A DNA stretch of 63,560 nucleotides, counting the filler, from Octopus bimaculoides (Eukaryota), in the NCBI RefSeq assembly GCF_001194135.2. It is 6 parts of 6 records of this genome, joined end to end, with 100 filler letters (N's around TTAATTAATTAA, not from the genome) between each part and the next. Parts side by side here need not be neighbours in the genome. Positions count along the whole stretch, not along the records: positions 1 to 29,895 come from NC_069004.1; positions 29,996 to 44,635 come from NC_068985.1; 4 more parts are not named here. One strand, written 5' to 3'. The position numbers were made by a program, and so were the translations under genes. Positions 23,053 through 35,119 of this stretch are shown piece by piece (position 1 is the stretch's first letter; every line of letters begins with the position of its first letter). Under the pieces are notes generated by a model. That model saw nothing but the letters and a program-made list of their open reading frames with translations, was not told the DNA's origin and searched no databases.

Positions 23053-24639
23053 TAAAAGCAGGTGTTATTCAAATAATAACTGTTTATCTATTTTTTCCTT
23101 GTTAATTGTAAACAAGGGAAAAATACACACATCTATTTTTATATATATACATATATAGTCCACTCTACAGGGTGGTTGGTGTACTCTTCTGGCTGACCAG
23201 CTCCTGTCAAACCTTCAAACCCATGCCAGTATGGAAGATGGATGTTAAACGATGATTGATTGATTGATTGATACATACATACACACATAAACATTTATTA
23301 TTACCTATGGTTTCGTGCTCGTTTCTGACAGCCCAATATTGAGTAATTGACAAAAACAATATAACATGGTATAATCCATAACATATAATATGTAATATAT
23401 AATGCAATTTGTGATAATAATAAGTTTAGTTGCAGTGGACATTGTCTTCAAATCTTGTTGAAACATAAAACCTTAATACAACACATGGCAGAAGCACTTC
23501 ATCTAATGAAATTTTCTCCATTACTTGGTCAGCTTGCCTTCTGTTAATATCAACATGAATTTTCATCAAATTTGATGAAGTATTACTATTACCATTGAAA
23601 TCGTTATCATTTCTGCTGTCCCCACATTAATCATTATTATAATCTTCTGCTTGTAAATTGAGCTCTTATTTGGTCAGCGTCAATCAATGTTCCGTTTTCA
23701 TTCGTTGTAATGAGAGAAGCGTTGTTTCCAGATTGCATCTCAAATTTTACAATATCTCACGCAGAACCATTTATTTCACTTATATCCTGTCTGCTCATTT
23801 ATGGTTTCAAACCTGCATGGTTTTGAGCAAAGATCAAAGTCAACGAAATGTTCTGCTTTGTGATCGGAGAAAACCATATCCTGCCTGTAATTGGGAAACC
23901 AATGAAGATTGTCAGGAAGATCTTCAACTGCAGTCTGGCTCCATCAAAGGAACCAGAGTTGGGGGACTGGTTGGGAGCTGTAGTGTAAAAGCCAAGGCCA
24001 CAAGGAAGATTCTATCAGCATGGATACAATCTCGGCATCCTCTCAAATATATTCTGACTCAGAAGTTCTCAACAAGGGTCCTTCGCGATTCACATAAGAT
24101 TTTGTTGTTAAAATTTATGTGCAATAAATTGGTTATACTTCAATAATGCACAAAATATTTTATCAATTTTTTATGCACAATTCATGATTATATTTGGTTA
24201 ACAATTTTGGCACAAGGCCAGCAAGTTTGGAGTAGGGGGGTAAGTCAATTACATCAACCTCAGTACTCAGCTGGTATTTAGTTTACCAATCCTGAAAGAA
24301 GAAAGGCTAAGTTGACCTTGGCGGAATTTGAACTCAGAGTGCATAGACAGACAAAATGCCATTAGGCATTTTGCCTGATATGTTAACATTTCTGCTAACT
24401 GGCTGCCTTAACATTCCTAATAATATCTATACCCACACACACACACATGCACGCGCACACTCGCATGCACACACACATATGCAACACCAGTAATGCTTGA
24501 ATTTACAATGTTCATAACGTTTATACTTACAACACCACTAATACTTACTTCTACCCCCAGTAGGGACAACAATTTTAACATGTTTGAATGATGACAGGTC
24601 AAAAGTGAGAACAGGTGTAGTATGTCTATCAAACGGACA

Positions 24640-25078
24640 TGGAAACCTTCTTTTCAGGTGCTGATAACATCTTCCCTTCCCATACTTCCTCCCACATTCC
24701 TTTCCCAGTTTTTAGAGTTGGCACTGTCAATACTGGTACATTGAAAGGTAGGTCTAGTGAGATTGTAGAGATGCTTGAATGGAGACATGATGTATGCTGC
24801 ATACATGAGGTAAGGTGGAGAGGAGCTTCCGCGAGGGTCCTGACAGACAAGGCACATAGGTATAAGATTTTCTGGGAAGGTAACTGTGATGGAGTAGGGG
24901 GTGTGGGCATACTCCTTGCAGAGAAATGGGTGGATAAGGTCATAGAGGTAGTTAGAGTATGCAATAGTGCTTAAGCTCAGGCTAGTCTTGCAGAATAGCA
25001 TAGCTACAATTATCTCTACCTATGCCCCACAAGCCTACTAAATGATTAGAAGGATCACTTTTATGATATCCTACTATT
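24640..25078 (+). mobile_element. RTE-clade LINE 5' fragment encoding an APE endonuclease
   Basis: FRVGTVNTGTLKGRSSEIVEMLEWRHDVCCIHEVRWRGASAR...YKIFWEGNCDGVGGVGILLAEKWVDKVIEVVRV, then after a frameshift LKLRLVLQNSIATIISTYAPQ...KDHFYDILL. These are the N, E, GVGI and YAP motifs of RTE apurinic endonucleases. Confidence 0.9.
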
Positions 25079-26000
25079 CCTCATGCTGGGGTGAGAGTAA
25101 TAGTAGGCATAGAGACGGTGGAGGCAGTGGTGCTGACAGAAACAGAAAGAGATGGAGAAAAAGAGAGACAAAGAAATTTAGGGAGAGTTCATGATGTTTG
25201 ATTAAAAGTAGTAGTGTTGATGTTTTATTAAAAGTAGTAGTGTAATAAGAGAGAGCGAAAGAGTGGGTATGTGAGATATAGATGAAGATGATGTACAACT
25301 TTGTTGGACAGAAATTCCTGTGGCCAACATACTGAACCAACTACTGAATGTGATCGTTTTTGTTTTGTTTTTTGCTGTCTTTAATGCATCTAATATAATA
25401 AATGCGATAGCTAATTTCTGTGTCAGTGTGTCACACGGCAACCCCCTCTTTCACTAGAGATGGTAGCTGAAGCAGTCAGGGACAATGCTAATAGTAAATG
25501 ATGTGAAAGACATTGGTGATGGTGGCGGAAGGGAAGGCGGCGAAGTCAAAGGCATTGAGGGTGGTGGCATCAGAAATCTGAATGGTGTGTGTGTGTGTGT
25601 GTGTGTGTGTGGAAGTTGTGGTGGCAATGGTGGTGGTAGTGGTGATGGTGATGGTTGAAAACAATCAACAGAAAGAGAGAGAAAGGGAAACAAAGAGGTC
25701 AGACAGAAAAAAAATGGACTGACCCCTGAATGGGAAGACAAAAAATGTTGTTTATCATGCAGCTTTGCAATAAGTTCCAAGTCAACAAATTATATCATTG
25801 TTTTGATGAAAATTGTTCATTGCTTGAAAAATATTGTTCAAGTTTAATAAGATTTAATATGTACTCAATGCATGAAGTGTCATTATTAGGCTCAAGGCCC
25901 AATGAAGAGCCCTCCACAGGAGCTCGCTTTTAAGCTAGTAATAAATATGCAGAAGTATCTGGAGAAATATATTTTATGAAATAGAAACATCATCATCATC

Positions 26001-26333
26001 TGGAGCAAAGATTGTTTGCCAACATAACATGGCAGTCTGGTTTAGGATGTATGTTGCTGTAATTTAGCCCCAGGAGACATTGTCTCCAGCTGGCTATACG
26101 TCATGATTCGTGTCCTTATATTTTCAAACAAGGGAATCTAACACTCGGAAATTGCGATACACAGATATTGTTTTGAGCTGAGTGGGGATGCCTAGATTCC
26201 CTTGTTTAAAGATATAAGAACACAGATCATGTCATATAGCCAGCTGGAGACAATGTCTCCTTGGGCTAAATTACAGCAATATTCGTCCTAAAACAGGACT
26301 GCCATGTTATGTTGGCAAAGAATCTTTACTCCA
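26001..26333. mobile_element. Foldback/MITE-like element with about 140-bp inverted arms and a 52-nt spacer
   Basis: 26001-26140 is the reverse complement of 26193-26333 with scattered mismatches. Each arm contains the palindrome GGAGACA(T/A)TGTCTCC. Confidence 0.75.
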
Positions 26334-27619
26334 AAGTACTGTTGCTGAATATCTCTCGTTGTGAGATTTTAAAATAGTAATTTTCTAATCATCATCATCA
26401 TCATCACCACCATCACCTGTCTGCTTAAAAACAGGTGAGGGTTGGTGATAGGAAGAGCATCTAGCTATAGAATATTTGCTTTCACAAATTTCATTCGACC
26501 CATGAAAGCATGGAAAAGTGATGACAATGATGATGATTATGATGATGGTAGTTGTAGTGGTGGTGATGATGATGATTATGAGAGTAGTGGTGTGGCAATG
26601 ATGATGATTGTGATAGTGATGATGATAATGGTGGTGGTGATGACAATGATGATGATATTGGTGTGGCAATGATGATGATGATGATTATGATTGTGGTGGC
26701 GGTGATGATGATAGATGGTGATGATGATGATAATGATAGTAGTGGCGATGGCGATGATGATGATGATGATGATGTTTCTATTTCATAAAAATATTTCTCC
26801 AGATTAATGTTTAATTCAAAACATATTTAATGTTTATCTACCCCATAGTAATCTACCAATTTGGAAAATTGATTAATGTTTAAAGCCATTACTTGCTGAA
26901 ATACTCAAAGACAGAACCATCTGCAAATTTGAATGAAGAATACGGAGTTTAGTTGGACAAATGATTTTTAAGTAACTTTTGATTAATTAAAAAGTGCTCT
27001 TGCAGAGAATCTCATTCTTGTTATTGTACACATTTTTGTTGCTAACAAAGATGTCGGTTTGACTACAGACATTAACAATTCAATCTATATAAGGTGTTTT
27101 ATCACAAGACGGCCACCTGTTGATGTATTTACCATAGAAGAATTACCTGCAGCGGAATCTAATTTTTTTCTGTATCGAAAGTGGAAAGAGTTAACAATAT
27201 GTAGGAATGGCAAACCAAAACCACCACCACCACCATCATCATTACTAAAAATCCATTGTTTCATGCCTTCATGGGTCACATGGAATTTGTTGAGGAAGAT
27301 TCTCGATAATTGGATTCTTTTCCTGTTGCCAACCCTCACCTTTTTCCAAACAAAGTGATATTTCCTCACGTGGCCAGACATGTTTTTTTTTCTTCATGGA
27401 AAACTGGAAACAAGTGACCTTGCTTGTGTGGTGATACTTATCTACAACTGTCAATTGTAGTCTAGACAAGGAAACACTTAAACACACACACATGCACACA
27501 CACGTATGTACATACATGCATGCATACATACACACACACCATACATTCACACATAAACACACATTTACTCACTCAATGCCTCCCCTCTCTCTCTCACATA
27601 AAAAGAGCAAAAGAAACTG

Positions 27620-28450
27620 ACACAGATTCTCCATATCCATTCTATTAGTGGCACAGTAAAGATCTGTAAGACATTCCAAAAATTCTCCATCTGAGATTCT
27701 TAGGTGAATAGATGCACACACTTCAACCAACAAACCAATTCAACCACATATTTACAAACACCTGGAACTCTCTTAACCCCCAAAAATCTTGTCACTTTGT
27801 TATTGCGACCAGCTTGAACTCTCTCAAAAAGAACTTCAATTAAATGCAAGGAAGAATCATACATATAGAATATGTAACAAACTGCCTATGCACCATCATC
27901 ATTGTTGTCATCAACATCATCGTCATCATCATCTTCATCATTGTTGTCATTTAGCGTCTGCTTTCCATGCTGGCATGTGTTAGAGGGTTTGACCGAAACT
28001 GGCAAGCTGGGGGAACTGCATCAGGTTCCAATCTGATTTGGTATGGTTTCTACAGTTGGGTGCCCTTCCTAACACCAACCACCCCAAGAATGTAATGGGT
28101 GCTTTTTATGTGCCACGGGCTTCTCAAATTCAGAATGGAGGAAAACTAATTAGAAGATTACAGATTCAGGCCATCACTGGAACTGTAAAAATTTGTAAAA
28201 CTGTTCAGAAGTTTAGTATTTCAGTATAGATACAAATATCTAGATATGCAACTATATGCAAGAGAATGCATGCATAAAACAAGACATACAAATCTGCTCA
28301 TGCACTGACTCCAAATATTGCACATGCACACACATGTCTGCACAAATACCTTGTTGTTGTTATGGAAATTCCAATGAAGAAACCTTAGATCTAGGTTAGA
28401 AACTGGCTCCTTCTCCATTGGGAGGAAATCTTGAAATAAAGCTGAATAAT
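27620..28450 (+). mobile_element. Two short 3' ends of another R4/Dong-like subfamily (about 27620-27700 and 28150-28450), with a family B SINE between them
   Basis: Peptides IHSISGTVKICKTFQKFSI* and LQIQAITGTVKICKTVQKFSI resemble RLE-element C-termini. The second piece ends GAAATAAAGCTGAATAATAAC. Confidence 0.55.
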
Positions 28451-28464
28451 AACATACACATATG

Positions 28465-28590
28465 TATTTCAACAGGCTTCTTTTCAGTTTCCATCTATCA
28501 AATCCACTCCACAAGGCTCTGGTCAGCCTGGAGCTATAATAGAAGACACTTGCCCAAAATGTCACACAATAGAACTGAACCCAAGATCAG
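28465..28590 (-). mobile_element. SINE family A internal fragment
   Basis: GGCTTCTTTTCAGTTTCCATCTATCAAATCCACTCCACAAGGCT...GACACTTGCCCAA. Confidence 0.75.
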
Positions 28591-29792
28591 AAGGTTGTAA
28601 TTTTTTATCTGGAAAGAGAGTCTTGTTTGTAGCAATGGTATCATTGCTATCCTACTGCTAGTACCCCTGTACTCTCCCCAACTTGGGAACCCCTTCCCTT
28701 GGCTCCTCTCTAATCTTGCCTTTCTCCCTCTCCTCCTTCCCTCATCTCTTTCCTCGTAGACTCTTGCAAATCCTCACTCCCCTTCACCCACTACTGTGTC
28801 TGCTACCTGAAGTATTACCTGGACACCACAGCACCTCTATCTCTCTTTTTCGAGATAACTCTAATTCATTCTCACTCTCTTTCTCTCTCTCTCTCTCTCC
28901 TAAATGTGAGAAGCCATGTACCTCCTACACAACAAGAACCTGCTCTACCCTAATGTCTTCTCTCATACCTTAACCTCCATCTAACATGGACACAGCATCC
29001 TCCCGCCCTGGCTTTGTTGACAGGATGACCTTAATAGTGCTGGTGCCACATAAAGACCACCCAGTACACTCTGTAAAGTGTTGGTGTTAGGAAGAGCATC
29101 CAGTCATAGAAACCATGCTGAAGCAGACAGTGGAATACAATGCAGCTTTTTGACTCATTGCCAAACTATCCATGGACATTAAATGATGATATGATATATG
29201 GTGGGCTTCTTTCAGTTTCCATCTACCATGTTATTTCATCACATCTGTCTCAGTGTCAACCCATACATATTCTCTCTTTATCTCTATTCATGTTCTCTTT
29301 AATACCACATATATCCAGCATGTGTTGTGTTCACTCATGTCAGCTCTTGCTTTCTTTTACTTTTGCCTTAAACCTCCTTCTAGTTTCTATCATTCCCATT
29401 CTCTTATCTGTTCTCTCTTATCATTTGGTTCTTTCTCTTGTTTCAAGTCCTTAAGTTCGTTCTGAAGTTAAGTGTTAAGGCTGTTTAACTGTGAAGTGAG
29501 AATGAAATTCCTCATGTAAAACTTTGCCTTTTTTAATAGTGGATTTGGATAATTCTTTGAAGATGTTAGATCTGTTTATCCTTTATATTAAAAAAAGATA
29601 AATAACATTTTAACATTCTTTTTCTAACTTAACACTTTTTTTCACTGAGGAAAACACATTCAATTTTTGTCCTTTGAAATGTAAAGCGAGAATAAAATTT
29701 GTGGTGCAAAGAATTCAGCAGAACCTTAAGAGATAATCAAAGATAGCAAACAGAAATACCTTCCTTACTGTGTATGTCTCTCTCTCTTTTGC

Positions 29793-29828
<36 letters not shown>

Positions 29829-29836
29829 GATCTCTT

Positions 29837-29869
<33 letters not shown>

Positions 29870-29895
29870 TTTTTTCTTTTTTTTTTTTTCTTCCC

Positions 29896-29995
29896 NNNNN
29901 NNNNNNNNNNNNNNNNNNNNNNNNNNNNNNNNNNNNNNNTTAATTAATTAANNNNNNNNNNNNNNNNNNNNNNNNNNNNNNNNNNNNNNNNNNNN
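29896..29995. other. Scaffold-join spacer (44 N + TTAATTAATTAA + 44 N)
   Basis: The identical 100-bp layout recurs at 44636-44735, 51515-51614, 55822-55921 and 61395-61494. The 12-mer gives stops in all six frames. Assembly artefact. Confidence 0.95.
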
Positions 29996-30030
<35 letters not shown>

Positions 30031-30354
30031 TATATACATAATATATATATATGTGTTAAAATGATATATTCTCTTCAAATAAACAATGTAATATACATCA
30101 AGACCTGAAAATCGTAACAGTTCTGCTTATATGTGTTTGAGTGTATGTGCGTGGGTGCGCGTGCGCGTGTACGTCTGTGCGTGTATGTGTGTGTGTGTGT
30201 TTGTATCCACGTATATAAAATATATCTTATCTTTATCAAAAATATATTATTTTAAGATATAAACGCTCGTTGTTTTTCCTAAATTATGGATGGTTATTTT
30301 TCTATGTGTTTCTATATTAGTTGGTACCATCATTGGTCTGAAACTTTGTTTGTT

Positions 30355-30645
30355 ACAACAACGAGTGTTTCAGCCAATCAACGGAACAGCTTGCTCATGG
30401 AATTAACGTGCAAGTGGCTGAGAACTCCACTGACACAGACACTCTTACTGTAGTTCGCAGAGAAATTCAGTGTGAAACAGAATGCTATAAGACTAGCCCA
30501 TTGAATTACAAGCACAACTCATTTTTGCCAGTTGAGTGAACTGGAGCAATGAGAACTAAAGTATTTTGCTCGTGGACACAACGTATCATCGTGAATCGAA
30601 CTCACAACCTTACCATCGTGAGTCGACTATCCTAACCGCGCGCCT
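30355..30645 (-). mobile_element. tRNA-derived SINE with family D head/centre and family C tail
   Basis: Minus-strand head GGTTAGGATAGTCGACTCACGATGGTAAGGTTGTGAGTTCGATTC. The centre resembles 8330-8464 and the tail GTGGAGTTCTCAGCCACTTGCACGTTAATTCCATGAGCAAGCTGTTCCGTTGAT resembles family C. Confidence 0.75.
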
Positions 30646-32106
30646 TGACATCGGTTCCATCGGTAGAAGATCAGAAAAATACGCCTTGAAATGTTTAATG
30701 ACACCTCTTTATATTAAAAAGTTCAACATGACAACGAAGTTATCTTGGCCTTTCCTCCTTCTTGGTCTCAACAAAGTATATATTACTTAGTACTTGGGTC
30801 CATATAATCGACTATGTCTCCACTCCATGAATGTATGCAGTCATTTGCCAGTAAGAAATCATATGTCTTCTACTTATCACTGTATGTGTTCGGGTGTTAC
30901 GTTTTAAACAAGCACAATGTGAAATAAAATTGATAACGTATTCGAAATATTTAAAATAATGCAACACTTTCAGTCTTATTCTTTCAAAAACCACAACTAA
31001 AGAATGATATCGAAGATGTAATGGAAAATTTTATCGTAATGAATCAATTTTAAGTGTTGCGCTTTCAAGAACTGTAACTATGGAATAATATTGATGACCT
31101 TATGGGAACTTTTAATATATACTCTTTTAACGATTGTAGCAACCGATTAATATCTAAAAACATTATGGAAATATTTAAATTAATGAAACAAGTTTCAGTC
31201 TCAACACTCTCAATTATCGTAGCTATAAAAAGAATATCGAATATACAATGGAAGGTTTTAGTATATTGAATCAAATTTCATTCGTACACCTTCAGGAACC
31301 CTAACTACAGTACACAATCGAAATAAAATCGAAATCTTTTACAAAATGAAACATGTTTCACGGTAACATTTTGGAAAACAATCGTTAAGTATGAAAGGAA
31401 ACTGAAAACACGATACGAATATTAGTTGAATGAGACAAATGCGAATCTCACGTTCACAGTATGTGTAACTGTGGAGCAAAATTTAGGACATAATCGAGAA
31501 ATCAATTCGCCTTAACCTTTATTACAACACATATGTTAACGTTGTTTCTGTTTACTCAAGGCATTATCCACTGGCACCATTTTTAACAATCAATGAAATT
31601 TTATTCAAACCAATAAGCATCAAATTATTTTCTACATTACATCAATTACAGAATTCCTTATAATCATATAATCAAATATTTATGCATTTTCTATAAGTAC
31701 ATTTATGCAAGCTATTTTATGTTATCATTGTTGAAACTCGAAACAGCTTATACAATACATTTCCATACATATTACAGTTTACTATCGAACCTACATTCAT
31801 AAACTTTGTAGAAACACGTGCAGCTTTATAATTGCACTATTGTATGATTCAGTACGGAAGAGCATTATACTTCAGGTAGAACATTTCGTAATTGTAGAAA
31901 AAGTGATATATAATGAATTATTGTTGCTATTTTCATTTTATTTTCCACAAATATTTCGCAATGCAGCTATTTTAATCATAGGGGCGTTACGTACATTCAA
32001 TGCAAGCTTACTGATAAAAAATATTCCATTAACGCTCAAAACAAGAACATCTGTTCACATCTTAATTCCTCCGTCCGTAGGATATATATAGTCGGACACA
32101 CACGCA

Positions 32107-32141
<35 letters not shown>

Positions 32142-32419
32142 GTGTGTGTGTGTGTGTGTGTGCGTGCGCGTGTAGTCCCACAAATCTCCCCACTACTTAT
32201 TCTTTTGTAAGTCTGGTACCTATTTTATTGATAACTTTTACCGCACTGCTAGGTTACGTGGGGTGGAATCTAACCAATACCGGTAGTTAACAGTCTGAAT
32301 AACACAAAGACATGCCAATACATACATATATACATGCACATGCATACAAATATATGCATATACATACATATATACGCACATGCATATATACATGCATTCG
32401 TATATATAGTGACGGCCAT

Positions 32420-32870
32420 GACTTGCCACTTCACCCAACGGGGATAGCCCCACCATTATCCAAGCCACCTTCACCCCTGCCCAATATGTTGACCGTGCGT
32501 CCGCTTGCTCTCACCCACGCTGCCACACCTGCCCCTAACTCTCTAACACCACTATCCTCACCGGCACCCACCACCGCCCCTACCACATCATTCACCTGCA
32601 TCTCAAGCAATGTAATCAGCCGTATCCTTTGCTCTGTCATTACCTGTACATGGGATAAACTGACCAGCATTGGATGATCGGTTTGCCGACATCTATGGGT
32701 CACCAGACTCAGCAATGACACCCTGGACTCGTACCACTCCCGCTTGACCGGTCATTCGCTAGAACGTCTGTCTGCTTCAGGCTGGCCTTTCTTAGAGGAT
32801 AACCTGGACTTCCACCTCCGTCCAGAGCAGCAAATATTTTCTCCCTTCATTACTCAGCTCCTTATAATCT
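32420..32870 (+). pseudogene. Degenerate GIY-YIG endonuclease region of a Penelope-like element (Neptune-like Cys motif)
   Basis: Across frameshifts: CSHPRCHTCP (Cys motif, from 32506), SFTCISSNVISRILC, LYMG*T (YIG equivalent), LDDRFAD and RLSNDTLDSYHSRLTGHSLERLS. This is the motif order of PLE GIY-YIG domains. Confidence 0.8.
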
Positions 32871-33278
32871 CAGTTCATCACCACTCCCCTTCCAAACCCA
32901 CCTCTACCTACATTTAAATACACCACACACCTCCCACCTTCCACTACCCTCCTCCTCTACCTCCACGTCTTCTCTACACCTTTATATTCAGTGTCCAATT
33001 CACACGCACGATCATGCCTCTACAGCATAGACATACAACACACACTCACCTCCGCATGCACATACGCGATCGCGCGCACACACACACACGCATGCGCGCA
33101 CGCGCGCACACACACACTCTTTCCCACGGTTTCCCATTCTACACAACAGCACCAAACACCTCCCAACCCTACCTCTCGTCACCCCTATTCCAGCTTGCAC
33201 TCAATTCAGATGGACCCACATATCTACCCACACATACGTCAGATAGCCTCACACACATACAAGCGCTATTGTACACAT

Positions 33279-33664
33279 TGTTGTTGGCACTCCGTCGCTT
33301 ACGACGTCGAGGGTTCCAGTTGATCCGATCAACGGAACAGCCTGCTCGTGAAATTAACGTGCAAGTGGCTGAGCACTCCACAGACACGTGTACCCTTAAT
33401 GTAGTTCTCGGGGATATTCAGCGTGACATAGTGCGACAAGGCTGACCCTTTGAAATACAGGTACAACAGAAACAGGAAGAAAGAGTGAGAGAAAGTTGTG
33501 GTGAAAGAGTACAGCAGGGTTCACCACCATCCCCTGCCGGAGCCTCGTGGAGTTTTAGGTGTTTTCACTCAATAAACACTCACAACGCCCGGTCTGGGAA
33601 TCGAAACCGTGATCCTATGACCGCGAGTTCGCTGCCCTAACCACTGGGTCATTGCGCCTCCACC
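33279..33664 (-). mobile_element. Full-length tRNA-derived SINE family C with 10-bp TSD
   Basis: Head GGCGCAATGACCCAGTGGTTAGGGCAGCGAACTCGCGGTCATAGGATCACGGTTTCGATTCCC (A and B boxes, loosely tRNA-Arg-like), (CAA)n tail, and TSD TTGTACACAT at 33269-33278 and 33665-33674. Confidence 0.95.
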
Positions 33665-34448
33665 TTGTACACATACACATACACAAAAACACAAAATATC
33701 ACACACATATCAACTCCATACACACACACATTTTATCCAACAGCCCCTTATACACACACTAACAACAGGGTCAAGCACATTCGCTTACATACAAAGACAT
33801 GCATAAACACACACAATATTCAGGCATGAACACGCATAATTCACACGCACAGAACGGCATCACACACAGGCTTAATGCACAAATGCACACACACACGCGT
33901 GTATGACCGACACGCTTTTTACACACACATACACACACACACTTAAAAAAAAAATCGACGCATGAACATAGACGCATGTACACATGCTACTAGTACAAAG
34001 TATACACGCACACATTTGCTGCTACACACATGCGTTTGCACACACACACACACACACACACACACGCTTCATATGCATATGTTAGACAACCTCACAACCC
34101 ACACGTGCGTCAACACAATGGCATACATAGATACACGGAGCAACACGAACACATCGTTCCACACACGCACACTCTCATGCATACACCTACGCATGCCTAT
34201 ACAATCTTCGCATTCACACAGAAACTTATCTGTACACACGTACACACACGCTTGCCAATATACACATTTACACACGCACATATTATCCTCACATACACGC
34301 ACACACTTTAGCCTGGTCATTGTTGCCTCCCTTGCTTCCTTGCCACCAACCACTTCCTTCCTGTCAATCCAGACACGGTTGTTTTATTTATTATTATTTT
34401 TTTTTTTGCTGTCTTTTTCTTCTCTCCATTGTTTTGCTGACCTCATTC

Positions 34449-34484
34449 CTTTCTGCAGAAGAGCGTAGGCTCGAAACGTCAAAG
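34449..34484 (+). ncRNA. Minimal type I hammerhead ribozyme-like motif in the Penelope-like 3' tail (core variant A6>C)
   Basis: CTTT-CTGCAGA-A-GAGC/GTAG/GCTC-GAAA-CGT-C-AAAG gives stem I CTTT/AAAG, stem II GAGC/GCTC, palindromic stem III ACGT and cleavage triplet GUC. It lies downstream of the GIY-YIG relic on the same strand. Confidence 0.55.
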
Positions 34485-34591
34485 ACCCTTCCACTTTTCC
34501 TAAGCGTCAAAGTAATACACCTGTTTGTTGTTACCTAACCTGTCTCTCTCTGTCTTATGCTTTTCTTTTTGGCTTTTTATACAATTTTGAA

Positions 34592-34720
<129 letters not shown>

Positions 34721-35119
34721 TAACTAGATAAGTTTATGAATTTGAATATTTGTTTTTTTTGCTAGTGGAATGAATCATGAAGTAAATATAGAAAAAAGAA
34801 ATATGTTTTCGTCTTGGTGTTTTATTTTTAAGCATAAAAGCTATAGACTTATCAAATTTCTACGCAGAAGATAACCTTTGCCACTGCCAGGCCTCAAGGG
34901 AGGTTCAGCTCGACTTAATCGAGCCAGCAACGCAAACGAGGCCAATCAGTAGGCGAATCAGTGAAAGCGTTTCTGCATCGTAATTTAGAACTGCTAGAAA
35001 TAGCAACAAGATCTTCCAGAAACAACACCCTACCATTTAATAAAGGCACATTGGACATTTTGTTTCTATTTTGTTTTCAATCACTCCCCTAGTGAAATAA
35101 AAGCAGCATACACGATCTA

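Noticed and set aside
27620-27860. Minus-strand exon(s) reading ISDGEFLECLTDLYCATNRMDMENLCQFLL (ankyrin-like) and VLFERVQAGRNNK
   Set aside because: The + strand reads SISGTVKICKTFQKFSI*, matching the RLE-element 3' end at 28150-28230, so this is TE antisense and UTR sequence.
29940-29951. Conserved TTAATTAATTAA regulatory or homeodomain motif repeated five times
   Set aside because: It is always centred in exactly 44 N + 44 N, so it is an artificial linker.
33560-33664. tRNA gene (also the heads at 4040, 8400-8464, 9340-9414 and 30580-30645)
   Set aside because: A and B boxes are present, but there is no complete cloverleaf or acceptor stem, and each continues into a SINE body with a tail (and a TSD for the 33279 copy).
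34890-34975. Promoter (GGCCAATCAG CCAAT box in a CpG-containing patch; a similar one near 62060)
   Set aside because: There is no downstream gene start or other core-promoter evidence, and a lone CCAAT match is expected by chance.
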